This document shows, one piece after another, positions 20,596 through 34,799 of a stretch of 64,000 nt of DNA. The position numbers and the translations under genes were made by a program. The notes beneath the pieces are model-generated. The model saw nothing but the letters and a program-made list of their open reading frames with translations. It was not told where the DNA came from and ran no database searches. The first letter of the stretch is position 1, and each line of letters opens with the position of its first letter. The DNA is from Malacoraja senta (lineage: Eukaryota): contig CM075995.1 in assembly GCA_038087875.1 (NCBI GenBank), forward strand, positions 1,738,001-1,802,000, read 5' to 3'.

Positions 20596-20667
20596 GTGAC
20601 CCTCTTCCTTGGTGCCTTTGTCCTGCACTAACTCCACATCGCCTGGTCCCTTTAAGAACAGATTTAC

Positions 20668-20739
20668 TTCCCTGACCGGGAATTGAACCCTGACTCAGCA
20701 GGGAAAATGCCAAATCCTAACCACTAGACCACCGTGGGA
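20668..20739 (-). pseudogene. tRNA-Glu pseudogene or tRNA-Glu-derived repeat head
   Basis: Minus strand tcccacggtggtctagtggttaggatt...gggttcaattcccggtcagggaa matches the D and T arms of vertebrate tRNA-Glu. The anticodon and acceptor stems are damaged. Confidence 0.8.
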
Positions 20740-21054
20740 TATAACGAAGCATATCTGTGGAGGAGTAATATTTGACTTCTCCACTGTGAATTATGAGCTA
20801 GATGCGGGAGAGAGATAGCGGGAAAAAACAGGATGACAGCAGAGCCTCCTTGGGGTTTGTGAGAAAATACTCACCAGTGTGGACAGACACAAAAAGCTGG
20901 AGTAACTCAGCGGGACAGGCAGCACCTCTGGAGAGAAGGAATGGCTGATGTTTTGTGTCGGGTCGAGACCCTTCTTTAGTTTAGGCCTGGACTTTACTGA
21001 GTGATCAGGCAGGCAAAGCAGCTGAAACTGGAGAAGAAAGTTTAGATAATCTTA

Positions 21055-21500
21055 GGCGGCACGGCGGCACAGCGGTAGAGTTGCTGTGTTACAGCGCATG
21101 CAGTGCCGGAGTCCCAGGTTCGATCCCAGCTACGGGCGCCTGTCTGTACGGAGTTTGTACGTTCTCACCCGTGACATGCGTGGGTTTTCTCCGAGATCGT
21201 TGCTTTCCTCCCGCACTCCAAAGATGTACAGGTTTGCAGGTTAATTGGCTTGGTGTATGTGTAAGTTGACAAGTTGACAAGTTATAGGAGCAGAATTAGG
21301 CCATTCGGCCCATCGAGTCTATTCAGCCATTCGATCATGGCTGATCGCTGCCTCCTAATCCAATTTTCCTGCCTTCTCCCCATAACCCTTGACACCCATT
21401 CCAATCAGGAATTGTCCCTAGTGTGCGTAGGATGGTGTTAATGTGCGGGGATCGCCGATCGGCGGGGACTCGGTGGGCTAACATAAACTAAACTAAGATA
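21055..21500 (+). mobile_element. tRNA-derived SINE with a nested CR1 3' UTR piece
   Basis: ggcggcacggcggcacagcggtagag head, B box, and (AAACT)n tail. Confidence 0.7.
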
Positions 21501-21970
21501 ACAGAAACCCATGGCCAATGCATACAACTAGTTTATAGCATAAGAGCAGTCACAGCCAGTTGCCGCCAATTATAGTATGTGTACACCACATCAGTAGCTC
21601 AATTGTTAAACAGAACTGTGTTTGTGTAGTGCTATACCAGGTGTGTGCACATGTAACTTAATGTCTGTTAATTGCACGCAGCGAGGAGATCACTGTGTAG
21701 TTGGTTAAACAAAACCTTACGAGGCATCTAAGCAAAGCTCTCTCATATTAAATACATTTTAAAAGAGAGTAGGAAGGAACTACAGATGCTGGTTTACACC
21801 GAAGATAGACACAAAATGCTGGAGTAACTCAGCGGGACAGGCAGCATCTCTGGAGAGAAGGAATGGGTGACGTTTCGGGTCGAGACCCTTCTTCAGACTG
21901 ACAACCCCTATCCTACACACACACTAGGGACAATTTACGATTTTACCAAACCAATTAAACTACAAACCTA

Positions 21971-22177
21971 AGGTAGACAAAAATGCTGGAGAAACTCAGC
22001 GGGTGGGGCAGCACCTATGGAGCGAAGGAAATACAGTAGGTCTTCAGGTCTGAAGAAGGGTCTCGACCCGAAACATTGCCTATTTCCTTCGCTCCATAGA
22101 TGCTGCCTCACCCGCTGAGTTTCTCCAGCATTTTTGTCTACCTTCGATTTTCCAGCATCTGCAGTTCCTTCTTAAAC
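21971..22177. mobile_element. Miniature pLTR fold-back from a second PLE subfamily
   Basis: Inverted stub starting aggtagac, plus a forward pLTR with hammerhead (gggtctcgaccc variant) and tail. Confidence 0.7.
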
Positions 22178-24798
22178 AACCTACAAACTGGTCTCTGTAC
22201 TGGGCCGGAAGCCCCATCCTTCTCCAACTATGGGACCCCTTCTCTTCTCCACCCACACTACAGCCCTCTCACCCCCCCACCCCCTGACCACCCACCACCC
22301 CCCCACCACACATCGCCTCGTCCCCATTCCACACACCTGCCTTCCTCCGGCCCCAACCCCCATCCCTGCCGGGTGTTCACCATCCCCCCCCCCCGACCTC
22401 CCCCTCTCCGACATCGAACGGTCTGTCCTCAGCAGAGGTCTTACCTTTGTCCCCCTCCGTCCCCACCTCAATGAGTTCCGCGCCCTCCATGACTTGGAAC
22501 GCTTCTACCGTCGCCTCCGCCTCACAGCTCACTTCCATGGGAAGGCGTCCTCGCCCCCCACTGATGACCCCTTTTCCCGTCTCCAACGCACCCCCTCCTC
22601 GTGGAACCCCCCTCGTAGCCTTCCGGCTTTAGAGCTCTTCATCAAAAACTGCCGCCGTGACATCAACCGCCTCAACTTCTCCACTCCCCTGTCTCACTCC
22701 AATCTCTCCCCCCCTGAACGCACTGCCATCGACTCACTCCGCAACAACCTAGATTAGGTTATCAAACCCGCCGACAAGGGAGGTGCTGTGGTAGTCTGGC
22801 GCGTCGATCTCTACAAAGCTGAGGCCACGCGCCAACTCTCGGACACCTCCTCCTACTTACCCCTGGACCATAACCCCACTGACGAGCACTAGGCCACCAT
22901 CTCCAGCACCATCACCGACTTCATCCACTCCCACGCCCTGCCCGACCGAGCCTCCAACCTCATCGTACCCCAGCCCCGCACAGCCCACTTTTACCTTCTC
23001 CCCAAAATCCACAAACCTGACTGTCCCGGTAGACCCATTGTCTCTGCCTGTTCGTGCCCCACCGAACTCATCTCCACCTACCTCGACTCCATCCTATCCC
23101 CCTTGGTTAAATCCCTCCCCACCTATGTTCAAGACACCTCAGACACTCTCCGTCGTCTCCGCGCATTCCACTCTCTAGGCCCTCACCCCCTCATCTTCAC
23201 CATGGACGTCCAGTCATTGTACACCTCCATCCCCCACCAGGATGGTCTCGAAGCCCTCCGTTTTTTCCTCGACCATAGAAGCAACCTATACCCGGCCACT
23301 GACACCCTCCTCCGCCTAGCAGAGCTGGTCCTTACCCTCAATAACTTCTCATTTGACTCCTCCCATTTCCTCCAAATACAAGGCGTAGCTATGGGCACGC
23401 GCATGGGCCCCAGCTACGCCTGCCTCTTTGTCGGGTACGTAGAACAATCCTTGTTCAATGCGTACCAGGGCCCCATCCCCGACCTCTACCTCCGCTACAT
23501 CGATGACTGTTTTGGTGCCACATCCTGCACCCACACACAACTGACTGACTTCATCCGCTTCACCACCAACTTCCATCCGGCACTCAAATACACCTGGACC
23601 ATTTCCGACACTTCCCTACCATTCCTTGACCTCACTATCTCCATCGCAGGTGATAGACTTCTTACCGACATCCACTACAAACCTACCGACTCCCATGGCT
23701 ATCTGGACTACACTTCTTCCCACCCTGCTTCCTGTAAGGACTCCATCCCCCACTCCCAATTCCTCCGTCTATGCCGCATCTGCCTCCCAGGATGAGGCGT
23801 TCCACACCAGGGCATCCGAAATGTCCTCATTTTTCAGGGAACGGGGGTTCCCCTCCTCCACCATAGATGAGACTCGTACCAGGGTCTCTGCCATACCCCG
23901 CAACACTGCTCTCTCTCCCCATCCCCCCACTCACAACAAGGACAGAGTCCCCCTAGTCCTCACCTTTCACCCCACCAGCTGTCACATACAACAAGTGATC
24001 CTCCGTCAGTTTCGCCACCTCCAACGTGACCCCACCACTCGCCACATCTTCCCATCTCCCCCCATGTCTGCCTTCCGCAAAGACCGCTCCCTCCGTAACT
24101 CCCTTGTCAATTCTTCCCTTCCCTCCCGTACCACCCCCTCCCCGGGTACTTTCCCTTGCAACCGCAAGAGATGCAACACTTGTCCCTTCACCTCCCCCCT
24201 CGACTCCATTCAAGGACCTAAGCAGTCGTTCCAAGTGCGATAGAGGTTCACCTGCATCTCCTCCAACCTCATCTATTGCATCCGCTGCTCTAGATGCCAG
24301 CTGATCTACATCGGTGAGACCAAGCGGAGGCTCGGCGATCGTTTCGCCGAACACCTCCGGTCGGTCCGCAATAACCAACCTGACCTCCCGGTGGCTCAGC
24401 ACTTCAACTCCCCCTCCCATTCCGTATCTGACCTCTCTCTCCTGGGTCTCCTCCATGGCCACAGCGAGCAACACCGGAAATTGGAGGAAATGCACCTCAT
24501 ATTCCGCTTGGGCAGTCTACATCCTGGGGGCTTGAACATTGAATTCTCCCAATTCTGCTAGCCCTTGCTGTCCCCTCCCCTTCATCAGCCCTCTGGTTGT
24601 CTCCTCCCCTCCCCCAGCCCTCGGGCTCCTCCTCCGCCTTTTTTCCTTTCTTCTCCCCACCCCCTATCAGTCTGAAGAAGGGTTTCGGCCCGAAACGTTA
24701 CCTGTTTCCTTCGCTCCATAGATGCTGCTGCACCCGCTGAGTTTCTCCAGCATTTTTGTGTACCTTCGATTTTCCAGCATCTGCAGTTCCTTCTTTAA
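22178..24798 (+). pseudogene. 5'-truncated, inactivated copy of the Neptune-type PLE
   Basis: Highly similar to 10693-13382 plus tail. Stops at 22755 (TAG), about 22890 and 24241, and frameshifts at about 22390 and 23785. Inserted in a minus-strand SINE, with tacaaaccta repeated at 21961-21970 and 24799-24808. Confidence 0.9.
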
Positions 24799-25829
24799 TA
24801 CAAACCTATACTTCTTTGGAGTGTTGGAGGAAACCGGAACTCCCGGAGAAAACCCACGCAGGTCATGGGGAGAACTTACAGGATCTAACTCAGATCTCTG
24901 GCGCTGTAAGGCAGCAACTCTACCGCTGCGCCTGCACCAGTTTAGTCTGAAGAAAGGGTCTCGACCCAAAACTTCACCCATTCCTCCTCTCCAGAGATGC
25001 TGCCTCTCCCACTGAGTTACTCCAGCATTTTGTGTCTATCTCTAGTTTAGTTTAGTTTAGTTTTGAGGTAGAGCATGGAAACAGGCTCTTCGGCCCACCG
25101 AGTCCGTGCTGACCAGCGATCCTCGCATATTAACACTAGCCTGGGGACGATTTACATTTACACAAGGCCAATTAACCTACAAACTTGCACGTCTTTGGAG
25201 CGTGGGAGGAAACTGAAGATCTCAGAGAAAAAAACCTACGCGGTCACGGGGAGAACGTACAAGCTCCGTAAAGACAGAACCTGGGTCTCTGGCGCTGTAG
25301 GCGCTGTGAGGCAGCAACTCTACTGATCAAACCACCATGCCGCACATGTTGGGTGTTCCAGTGCTAGGCCTGGAAGATGTTGGGTGCAATCTCAGAGTCT
25401 GCTGAATGATCTGATTTTGGGCTGGTACATAATGGTTCAGCATGGCCGCCGCGGTGAGTTGGCCTCAGTGCCATAGCTAGGCAGCAAAACCTGGCCAGGC
25501 TTCTGGCTGTGCAGTGACCTCTGCTGGACATGGCAGCGGTGAGGCTGGTCAATGGGAACAAGATAAGGCTTAGCTCTGATACCCGGTTACCGTAAAATAG
25601 CCCAGTTTTGCGCACATCTCCTGACTCAGGGGCAGTGTCTTCCCAGCTGTTATCAGGCACATAAATGTAAATTGTCCCCAGTGTGTGTAGGATAGCGTTA
25701 ATGTGTGGGGATCGCTGGTTGGCGCAGACTCGGTGGGCCAAAGAGCCTGTTTCCGTGCTGTATCTCTAAACTAAACTAAAAAACTAAACTGAACCATCCT
25801 CCCAACAACTAGAGAGCAGTCCTGACCTA

Positions 25830-26356
25830 CTATCGATGACGATGAGCTACTGGTTTGGGAACTGCTCTGCCCAGGACAAGAAGGCTCTGCAGAGAGTAGT
25901 GCGTTCGGCCAAACGCACTATGGGAACTACACTCGCCCCCCCTGCAGGAACTATACATCAGAAGGAGCAACTCCAGAGCCAACAGGATCATGGGAGAAAC
26001 CCTTCCACCCCAGCAACGGACTGTTCCAGCTGCTACGGTCAGGCAAACGCCTCCGTTGCCATGCTGTGAGAACAGAGAGGATGAGAAGGAGTTTCTTCCC
26101 AGAGGCCATTAGGCCTGTAAACTCCTATCTCACCAGGGACTCACTTACTGGACCATTCTACTGTTGTGTGGTGTCTCTTTAAAATTCCTGTTTTTTTTCC
26201 TATTTTTCCTCCCACAAATATGTAATATGTGAATATGTGATTCTGTTGCATTCTGTTGTAGTTTGTTGTTGTTTTTTTGCACAATCCGCGAGCATTGCCA
26301 CTTTTCATTTCACTGCACATCTCGTATGTGTATGTGACGAATAAACTTGACTTGAC
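25830..26356 (+). mobile_element. Rex1/Babar-like LINE 3' fragment
   Basis: WFGNCSAQDKKALQRVVRSA motif. The 3' UTR ends aataaacttgacttgact. Confidence 0.65.
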
Positions 26357-28039
26357 TATCTACCTCATTGGAGACCCTCGGACTATCCTTAATCGGACTT
26401 TACTGGGCTTTATCTTGCACTAAGCGTTATTCCCTCTATCATGTGACTTGTACACTGTGGTTGGCTCGATTGTAATCGTGTATAGTCTTTCCACTGACTG
26501 GTTAGCACGCGGTAGAAGCTTTTCACTGTACCTCGGTACACGTGACAACAAACTAAGTTAAACTAATTTGCTGTGTAGAAAGAAAGTGCAGATGCTGGTT
26601 TGCACAGAAGATTGACATCAGCAAATTGTTTCTTAATTTAGTTATTTTAGAGAAACAGCGTGGAAACAGGCCCTTCGGCCCACCAAGTCTGCGTCAACCA
26701 GCGATCTCCGCACACTAACATTATCCTACACACACTAGGGACAATTTTACAATTTTACCAAGAATCTGTCCTTAAAATATCCATTGACTTGGCCTCCATA
26801 GCCATCTGTGGCAAAAAAAAAATCCACAGATTCACTACGCTCTGACTGAAGAAATTCCTTCTCATCTCCTTTCTAAAGGGATATCCTTTTATTCCGAGGC
26901 TGTGGCCTCTGGTCCTAAACTCTCCCACTAGTGGAAACATCCTCTCCACATCCACTCTATCCAAGCCGTTCACTATTTGGTAAGTTTTAATGAGGTTCCC
27001 CCTCATCCTACTAAACTCCAGTGAGTACAGGCCCAATGACGTCAAACGTTAATCATATGTTAACCCACTCATTCCTGTGGTCATTCTTGTAAACCTCCTC
27101 TGGACCCTCTCCAACGCCAGCACGTCCTTCCTCAGATATGGGGCCCGGTAAGGCAACTAAGGCAGCATGGACAAGTTGGGCCAAAGGACCTGTTTCCATG
27201 CTGCATAGCTGTATGATTAGCAGATGCCCAACTGGTGAAGTAAAAGAAGAGAGACACAAAAAGCTAGAGGTGAGACGGCATCTCTGGAGAAAAGGAATGG
27301 GTGACGTTTCGGGTCGAGACCCTACCTCAGACTGAGAGTCAGGGGAAAGGGAAACGAGAGATATAGACGGTGATATGGAGAGATAGAGAACAAATGAATG
27401 AAAGATATGCAGAAAAGTAACGATGATAAAAGAAACAGGCCAATTGTTAGCTGTGGGCTAGGTGAAAACGAGTTACAGACAATGAGACTCAACAAGGCGA
27501 CTTTGAAACCAGTACAATGATTTGGGTGGGGGAGGGACGGAGAGAGAAGGGATTCAAGGGTTACATAAAGATAGATTAATCAATATTCATACCACTGTGT
27601 TATAAAGCTGTGAAAGATCTGATAATTTTACTGGACTAGTGAATCAACAATATGTTTGCTAATTCCATAACGCCAGCTGTGAAATTTACTTTGATTCAAT
27701 TAAATAATATTTTGAAATGAGAAGTTACTACTAACAATTTTGACCATTTAATTGCCACCTAGTCCTTAAAATCTAAAAGTGATTCATTAATGTCCTAACA
27801 TCATAGAACGATGGCATCCTTCGGCCCACTGTGTCCAAGTTGAACTAATTTCCTTTGCCTGCAAGTTATCCATGTCCCTCCAATCCCTGCAAATCAGTGC
27901 GCTTATCAAAAAGCCTCTTAAAAGCCAACATTGAGTAAGATGGTGGTACAGTCTGCGATAAACTTACTTCCGAAAATTAAGACTGCTTACACCAATTTGA
28001 AAATATTTTGTACAGCCCAAAGCAAACAAAAATAATTAG

Positions 28040-28352
28040 TCTTAGTTTAGTTTAGTTTAGAGATTCAGCGTGGAAACAGGCCCTTCGGCCCACCGAGTCT
28101 GCGCCAACCAGCGATCTCCGCACATTAACACTATCCTACAACTAGGAACAATTTTTAATGTTACCAAGCCAAGTAGCCTTACAAACCTGTACATCCTTGG
28201 AGTGTGGGAGGAAACCGGAGCACCCGGAGAAAACCCACTCAGGTCACGGGGAGAACGTACAAACTCCCTACAGACAGCACCCGTAGTCAGGATCGAACCC
28301 GGGTCCCTGGCGCTGTGAGGCAGCAACTCTACCGCTGCGTCACCGGGCCGCC
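28040..28352 (-). mobile_element. tRNA-derived SINE (HE1/V-SINE-like), near full length
   Basis: tRNA-like head, central domain and (AAACT)n tail on the minus strand. Confidence 0.8.
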
Positions 28353-28734
28353 CATCAACAATAGAAATGTGATAGATGAGGGGGGAAAAAAATGAGAGTG
28401 AAGATTTATGAAACTGGTGATACTTTTTTTTCTGAACAAGGAGATTTTATTCAATTAATCACAGTTCCAGCGTACTGAAAATATCAAAACTGCCCTGCAG
28501 TTTGTCGACCTCAGTCAACCGGTCATCAGATTCCAACGTTATCATCTTTATCCACAACACACTCAAACCCCCCGCGGTGACCAGCGTTTACGGAAGGCCT
28601 CCAGAGTTCCTGTGGACACCGCGTGTTCCCTCTCCAGTGACATGCTGGCACGGATGTAGGCCCGGAAGAGTTCAGTTTATTGTCACGTGTACCGAGGTAC
28701 AGTGAAAAGCTTTTGTTGCGTGCTGTTCAGTCAG

Positions 28735-29270
28735 CAGAAACATAGAAACATAGAAACTAGGTGCAGGAGGAGGCCATTCGGCCCTTCGAGCCGGCACCGC
28801 CATTCATTGTGATCATGGCTGATCGTCCCCAATCAATAACCCGTGCCTGCCTTCTCCCCATATCCCTTGACTCCACTAGCCCCTAGAGCTCTATCTAGCT
28901 CTCTCTTAAATCCATCCAGTGACTTGGCCTCCACTGCCCTCTGTGGCAGGGAATTCCATAAATTCACAACTCTCTGGGTGAAAAAGTGTTTTCTCACCTC
29001 AGTCTTAAATGACCTCCCCCTTATTCTATGATTGTGGCCCCCTGGTTCTGGACTCGCCCAACATTGGGAACATTTTTCCTGCATCGAGCTTGTCCAGTCC
29101 TTTTATAATTTTATATGTTTCTATAAGATCCCCCTCATCCTTCTAAACTCCAGTGAATACAAGCCTAGTCTTTTCAATCTTTCCTCACATGACAGTCCCA
29201 CCATCCCAGGGATCAATCTCGTGAACCTACGCTGCACTGCCTCAATCACAAGGATGTCCTTCCTCAAATT
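28735..29270 (-). mobile_element. CR1 LINE 3' fragment
   Basis: NLRKDILVIEAVQRRFTRLIPGM motif and CR1 3' UTR. Confidence 0.85.
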
Positions 29271-30359
29271 AGAAAGGCAATACGTGATTACAATCGAGCC
29301 ATTCACAGTGTACGGTGCATTACAGTACATTTATACTACAAGGGAATAACGTTTAGTACAAGGTAAAACCAGCAAAGTCCGATCAAGGATAGTCCGAGGG
29401 TCACCAATGAGGTGGATAGCAGTTCAGCACTGCTCTCTAGTTGTAGTAGGATGATTCAGTTGCTTGACAGCAGCAGGGAAGGGCAGGCAGGCAGTCGACT
29501 CAAGCATAACGCTCAACTGCCATCTTGGCCAAGCCCAGGAGCAAATCAAGAGGAGAATCTGTCTCCCCCACCCCCCCCTCCCCCCACCTCCCCACAACAC
29601 CCTTAACAGGTTCATGGGACAAAATTAGATCATACGATAACTTGTACTCCAAGCAGGCCCTCAATTTGGATACTATATTACTGAACCAACCCATTACATT
29701 CTCTTTACAATAACCAACACCAAAGATCACATACAATGCCAATGTCCATTTACACAGAGTGTGGTGAGTTTATGGAACGAGCTGCCGGAGGAGGTAGTTG
29801 AGGCAGGTACTATAACAACTATACCAGAGGAAGTGGTTGATGAAGGCACGATGGCAACAATAAGGTGGTGCAGTGGTCGAGTTGCTGCCTTACAACGCCA
29901 GAGACCCGGGGTTGATCCTGACTATGGGTGCAGTCTGTTCGGAGTTTCTACGTGCCTGCGTCCCCGGGATCTCGGAGTTTCTACGTGCCTGCGCGGGTTT
30001 TCCCCGGGATCTCCGGTTTCTCCCCACACTTGTACTTGTAAGTTTGTACGTAAGTTAATTGGCTTTGGTAAATTTGTAAATTGTCCCGAACGTGTGTAGG
30101 ATAGTGTTAGTGTGTGGGGATCGCTGGTCGGCGCGGACTCTAAACTAAACTAAAAACTAAACTAAACTAAAAAAAAATTGCACATTAGCAACATGGTGAG
30201 GAAAGATTTTGATGGAACGCATGCATACCTCCAGATTCAGGGACAGTTACTTCCCAGCTGTTACCTGGCAACTGAACCATCCCACCACAACCAGAGAGCA
30301 GTCCTGAACTACATCAGTCTGAAGAAGAGTCTCGAACTGAAACGTCACCGTTCCAGGGA

Positions 30360-32077
30360 GATCGAAAAGGTTGACTGAGGATCTAGTGGGAGGGAGGAAC
30401 TGAAGGGAATCCACATTAGTCAGGAAGCGGTGTTTAGGGCCTGTCCCACTATGGCGACCTAATTTGCGAGTTTAGAAGAGTTTGCGCTCGCTTGCTGAAA
30501 AAGTGTCTCCAGTCCTTCTCCCCCCCCTTCTCTCCCCTTCTCTCCCCTTCTCCCCCCTTCTCTCCCCTTCTCTCCCCTTCTCCCCCCCCTGCTCTTTTAA
30601 AGGACTTACCGTACATTGTGCCAGCCGTCTTTTACCTTCCTGTTCATCGCGGGTATCACCTTGGCTTTGCACCGTATGAATTTCAGACAGCGCACCCCCC
30701 CCTTTCCCTGGCCCCCGCCTTTGCGATGTGTTTGTGTGTATGTGTGTGTTTGTGTGTGCTGCCGGTTGATCCGGCTTGCGGTTTCATCGCTGACGGTCGA
30801 TCCAGCTCGAGATTTCTCAGGCGAGTGCCCCCGAGCATGAAGGTCGAAGACAGTTGCTGAAAAGTCGCGTAAGTGGGACAGGCCCTTTAGGTAAACTGTT
30901 GTGACTGAAGGCAGATAAATCCCCAGGGCCTGATGGCCTGCATCCCAGAGTACTCAAGGAGATGGCCCTAGAAATCGTGGATGCATTGGTGATCATTTTC
31001 CAATGTTCTCTCGACTCTGGATCACTTCCTGTGGACTAGAGGGTAGCCAATGTAACCCCAGTTTTTAAGAATGGAGGGAGAGAGAAAACGGGGAATTATA
31101 GACCAGTTAGCCTTACATCGGTAGTGGGGAAGATGTTTGAGTCGATTATTAAAGATGTTATAGCAGCACATTTGGAAAGCAGTGACGGGATCGGTCAAAG
31201 TCAGCAAGGATTTATGATGGGGAACTCATGCTTGACTAATCTTCTGGAATTTTTTAAGGATGTAACAAGTAGAATGGATAAGGGAGAGCCAGTGGATGTG
31301 GTGTATCAGGACTTTCAAAAGGCCTTTGACAAGGTCCCACACAAGAGATTAGTGTTCAAAATTAGAGCACATGGTATTGGGGGTAGGGTATTGACATGGA
31401 TAGAGAACTGGTTGGCAGACAGGAAGCAAAGAGTAGGAATTAACGGGTCCTTTTTAGAATGGCAAGTAGTGACTAGTCGGATGCCGCAAGGCTCAGTGCT
31501 GGGAACCCAGTTATTGACAATATATATTAACGATTTAGATGAGGATGACACAAAGCTGGGTGGCAGTGTGAGCTGCGATGAGGATGCTATGAGGCTGCAG
31601 GGTGACTTGGACAGGTTGGGTGAGTGGGCAGATGCATGGCAGATGCAGTATAATGTGGATAAATGTGAGGTTATCCACTTTGGTGCCTAGAACAGGAAGG
31701 CAGATTATTATCTGAATAATGTCAGATTAGGAGAAGAGGAGGTGCAACGAGACCTGGGTGTGCTTGTACATCAATCACTGAAAGTAAGCATTGCGAGAGG
31801 ATTTGAGTTTAGGAGCAAGGAGGTCTTACAGCAGTTGTAGAGGACCCTTGTGAGACCGCACCTGGAGTACTGTGTGCAATTTTGGTCTCCTAATTTGAGG
31901 AAGGACTTTATTGCTATTGAGGGAGTGCAGCGTAGGTTCACCAGGTTATTTCCCGGGATGGCAGGACAGACATATGATATAAGAATGGGTCGACTGGGCT
32001 TGTATTCACTGGAATTTAGAAGGATGGGAGGGGATCTTATAGAAACATATAACATTCTTAAAGGATTGGACAGGCTA
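30360..32077 (+). mobile_element. Decayed CR1 LINE RT region, interrupted by a MITE
   Basis: SCLTNLLEFF, DVVYQDFQKAFDKVPH, PQGSVLG, DDTKLGG and [13 protein letters not shown] motifs, with stops and deletions. Confidence 0.9.
30436..30886. mobile_element. PIF/Harbinger-type MITE inserted in CR1
   Basis: TIRs agggcctgtccca / tgggacaggccct. The CR1 sequence resumes as ttaggtaaactg. Confidence 0.75.
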
Positions 32078-34799
32078 TGGATGTGGATAAATTCGATGCC
32101 CCCTCCACATTCTTTGTAAGAAACGTGCCTGCACATCTCTATTAAACTTTCCCCCTTTTCACCTTATACCTATGTCCTCTAGTGTTGGATATTTCCACCC
32201 TGGGAGAAAGGTTTTGAATGTCTAATGCATCTGTGCCTCTCATCATTTTAATACTTCTATCCAGTCTGCCCACAATCTCCAACGTCCCGGAGAAAACAAT
32301 CCAAGTTTATCCAATCTCTCCTTGTAGCTGAAACCCTCTAATCCAGGCAATATTCTGGTAAACCTCCCATGCACCTTCTCCAAAGCCTCCACATCCTTCC
32401 TGTAATGGGGCGATCAGAACTGCACGCAATACTCCAAATGCAGCCTAACCACAGTATGGTGCAACTGCATCAAGACTTCCTGACTCAAGTCAAGTCAAGT
32501 CAAGTCAAGAGAGTTTATTGTCATGTGTCCCAGATAGGACAATGAAATTCTTGCTTTGCTTCAGCACAACAGAATATAGTAGGCATGAATACAGAACAGA
32601 TCAGTGTGTCCATATACCATTATATAAATATATACACACATCAATAAATAAGCAGATAAAGTGCGAATAAACAGATAATGGTCTATTAATGTTCAGAGAT
32701 TAATATCCTGATGGCTGTGGGGAAGTAGCTATTTCTGAACCTGGATGTTGTAGTCTTCAGGCTCCTGTACCTTCTACCTGAAGGTAGCGGGGAGATGAGT
32801 GTGTGGCTCTAATAATCAATGCCTCTGGAATTAAGGCAAGGACACCCTACGCCTTCTTTTCCATCCTATCTACTCGTGCTGTCACCTTCAGTGAGTTATG
32901 AACTTGGACTCCAAGATCCTTCTGTACAGCAATGCTGTCAAGGGTCTTGCCATTAACTCTGTACCTTCCCCTTACCTTCACTGGTCACTGGTCACCATGG
33001 ACTCGGTGGGTCGAAGTGCCTGTTTCCACGCTGTATCTCTAAACTAAGCTAAACTAAATTAAACTTGTTGACTCTCTTCACCACCGACCCATTGATGAAG
33101 ACCATGGCACTCACTTAAAGTTTACTTAAGATAGACACAACAAGCTGGAGTAACTCAGCGGGACAGGCAGCATCTCTGGAGAGAAGGAATGGGTGACGTT
33201 TCAGGTCGAGATACTTACTGTAAGTTTAGTTTAGAGATACAGCACGGAAACAGGCCCTTCGGCCCATCGAGTATGGGTCGACCAGTGATCCCCGCACATT
33301 AACACTATCCTACACGCATTAGGGACAATTTACATTCATAGCAAGCCAATTAACCTACAAACCTGTATGCCTTTGGAGTGTGGGAGGAAACCGAAGATCT
33401 CGGAGAAAACCCACGCAGGTTACAGGGAGGGTGTACAAACTCTGTACAGACAGCATAGAAACATAGAAACATAGGAAAATAGGTGCAGGTGGAGGCCATT
33501 CGGCCCTTTGAGCCAGCACCGCCATTCAATATGATCACGGCTGATCATCTAAAATCAGTACCCCGTTCCTGCTTTTTCCCCGTATCCCTTGATTCCTTTG
33601 GCCCTCAGAGCTAAATCTAACTCTCTCTTGAAAACATCCAGTGAATCGGCCTCCACTGCCCTCTGTGGCAGAGAATTCCACAGATTCACAACTCTCTGGG
33701 TGAAGAGGTTTTTCCTCATCTCATTCCTAAATGGCTGACCCCCCTATTCTTAAACTGTGACCCCTGGTTCTGGACTCCCCCAAACATCGGGAACATAGTA
33801 GTCAGGATTGAACCGGGGTCTCTGGCGCTGTAAGGTCGCTGCGCCACCAAGTTCAAGTTCAACTTCAAGTGGTTGGGCGTTCATATCTCTGAATACCTGC
33901 TGATGGCAACTGAAGTAAAGGAATTGAGTAACGAACCAAACTGAGTAATTAGAACAATCCTTTACGCCAATAAATGTTTCCATGCAACCAATTAATCAAC
34001 GCATTCACGAACTGCCACTTACGTTGGTCTCCTGATGAGTCAGCTACCAACAGAGAGGTTAATTCCCACAGAGCAATACGTTCTGGCACTCAATCCATGC
34101 ACACAGGGTTATTGTTCCTTGGACAATACAAAATTCCATAATATTGGAGTGGCTGATTAATGCAAGTTAGCCAACGTTTCCATTCATGGACTTCAGAATA
34201 GAAAATCAAATAGAGCGTGCCACGGCTTTAAGTTGGACATTCCCCCACAACTTTACATTCCTGGCAAGGTAAAATGTCACCCATTATCTCTAAGCAGCAG
34301 AGGCCTTAGTTACAAATCCAATAGTTCCAAGGGATAACTAATTCAGCGATCATCTGCATCAAACTTCTGCTACCTACCGCACAAACGGTTTTAAAAATGG
34401 ATCTTTCGTGCAAATGGCTTGGGGCGGCACGGTGGCGCAGCGGTAGAGTTGCTGCCTTGCAGCGCCAGAGACCCGGGTTCCCTGGACTTGGCATCATCTT
34501 TGATACAAACGATGTGGGCAGATGGGCCTGTTCCTGTGCTGTCCTGTGCAATTCTCTGCCACAGAAGGCAGTGGAGGCCAATTCACTGGATGTTTTTAAG
34601 AGAGCGTTAGATATATCTATTAGAGCTAATGGAATCAAGGGATATGGGGAGAAAGCAGGAACGGGGTACTGATTTTGGATGATCAGCCATGATCATATTG
34701 AATGGCGGTGCTGGCTCAAAGGGCCGAATGGCCTACTCCTTCATCTATTTTCTATGTTTCTATGTGTACTGGTCAATGTTTAATATTTGTGCATATAAT

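Noticed and set aside
25345..25660. Possible ancient SINE-like relic
   Set aside because: It looks vaguely repeat-like, but there is no second copy in the window and no diagnostic ends, so it cannot be supported without a database search.
34032..34038. CTGATGA hammerhead-like core in unique DNA
   Set aside because: There is no stem II followed by GAAA downstream. It overlaps a simple TGAGTCA motif.
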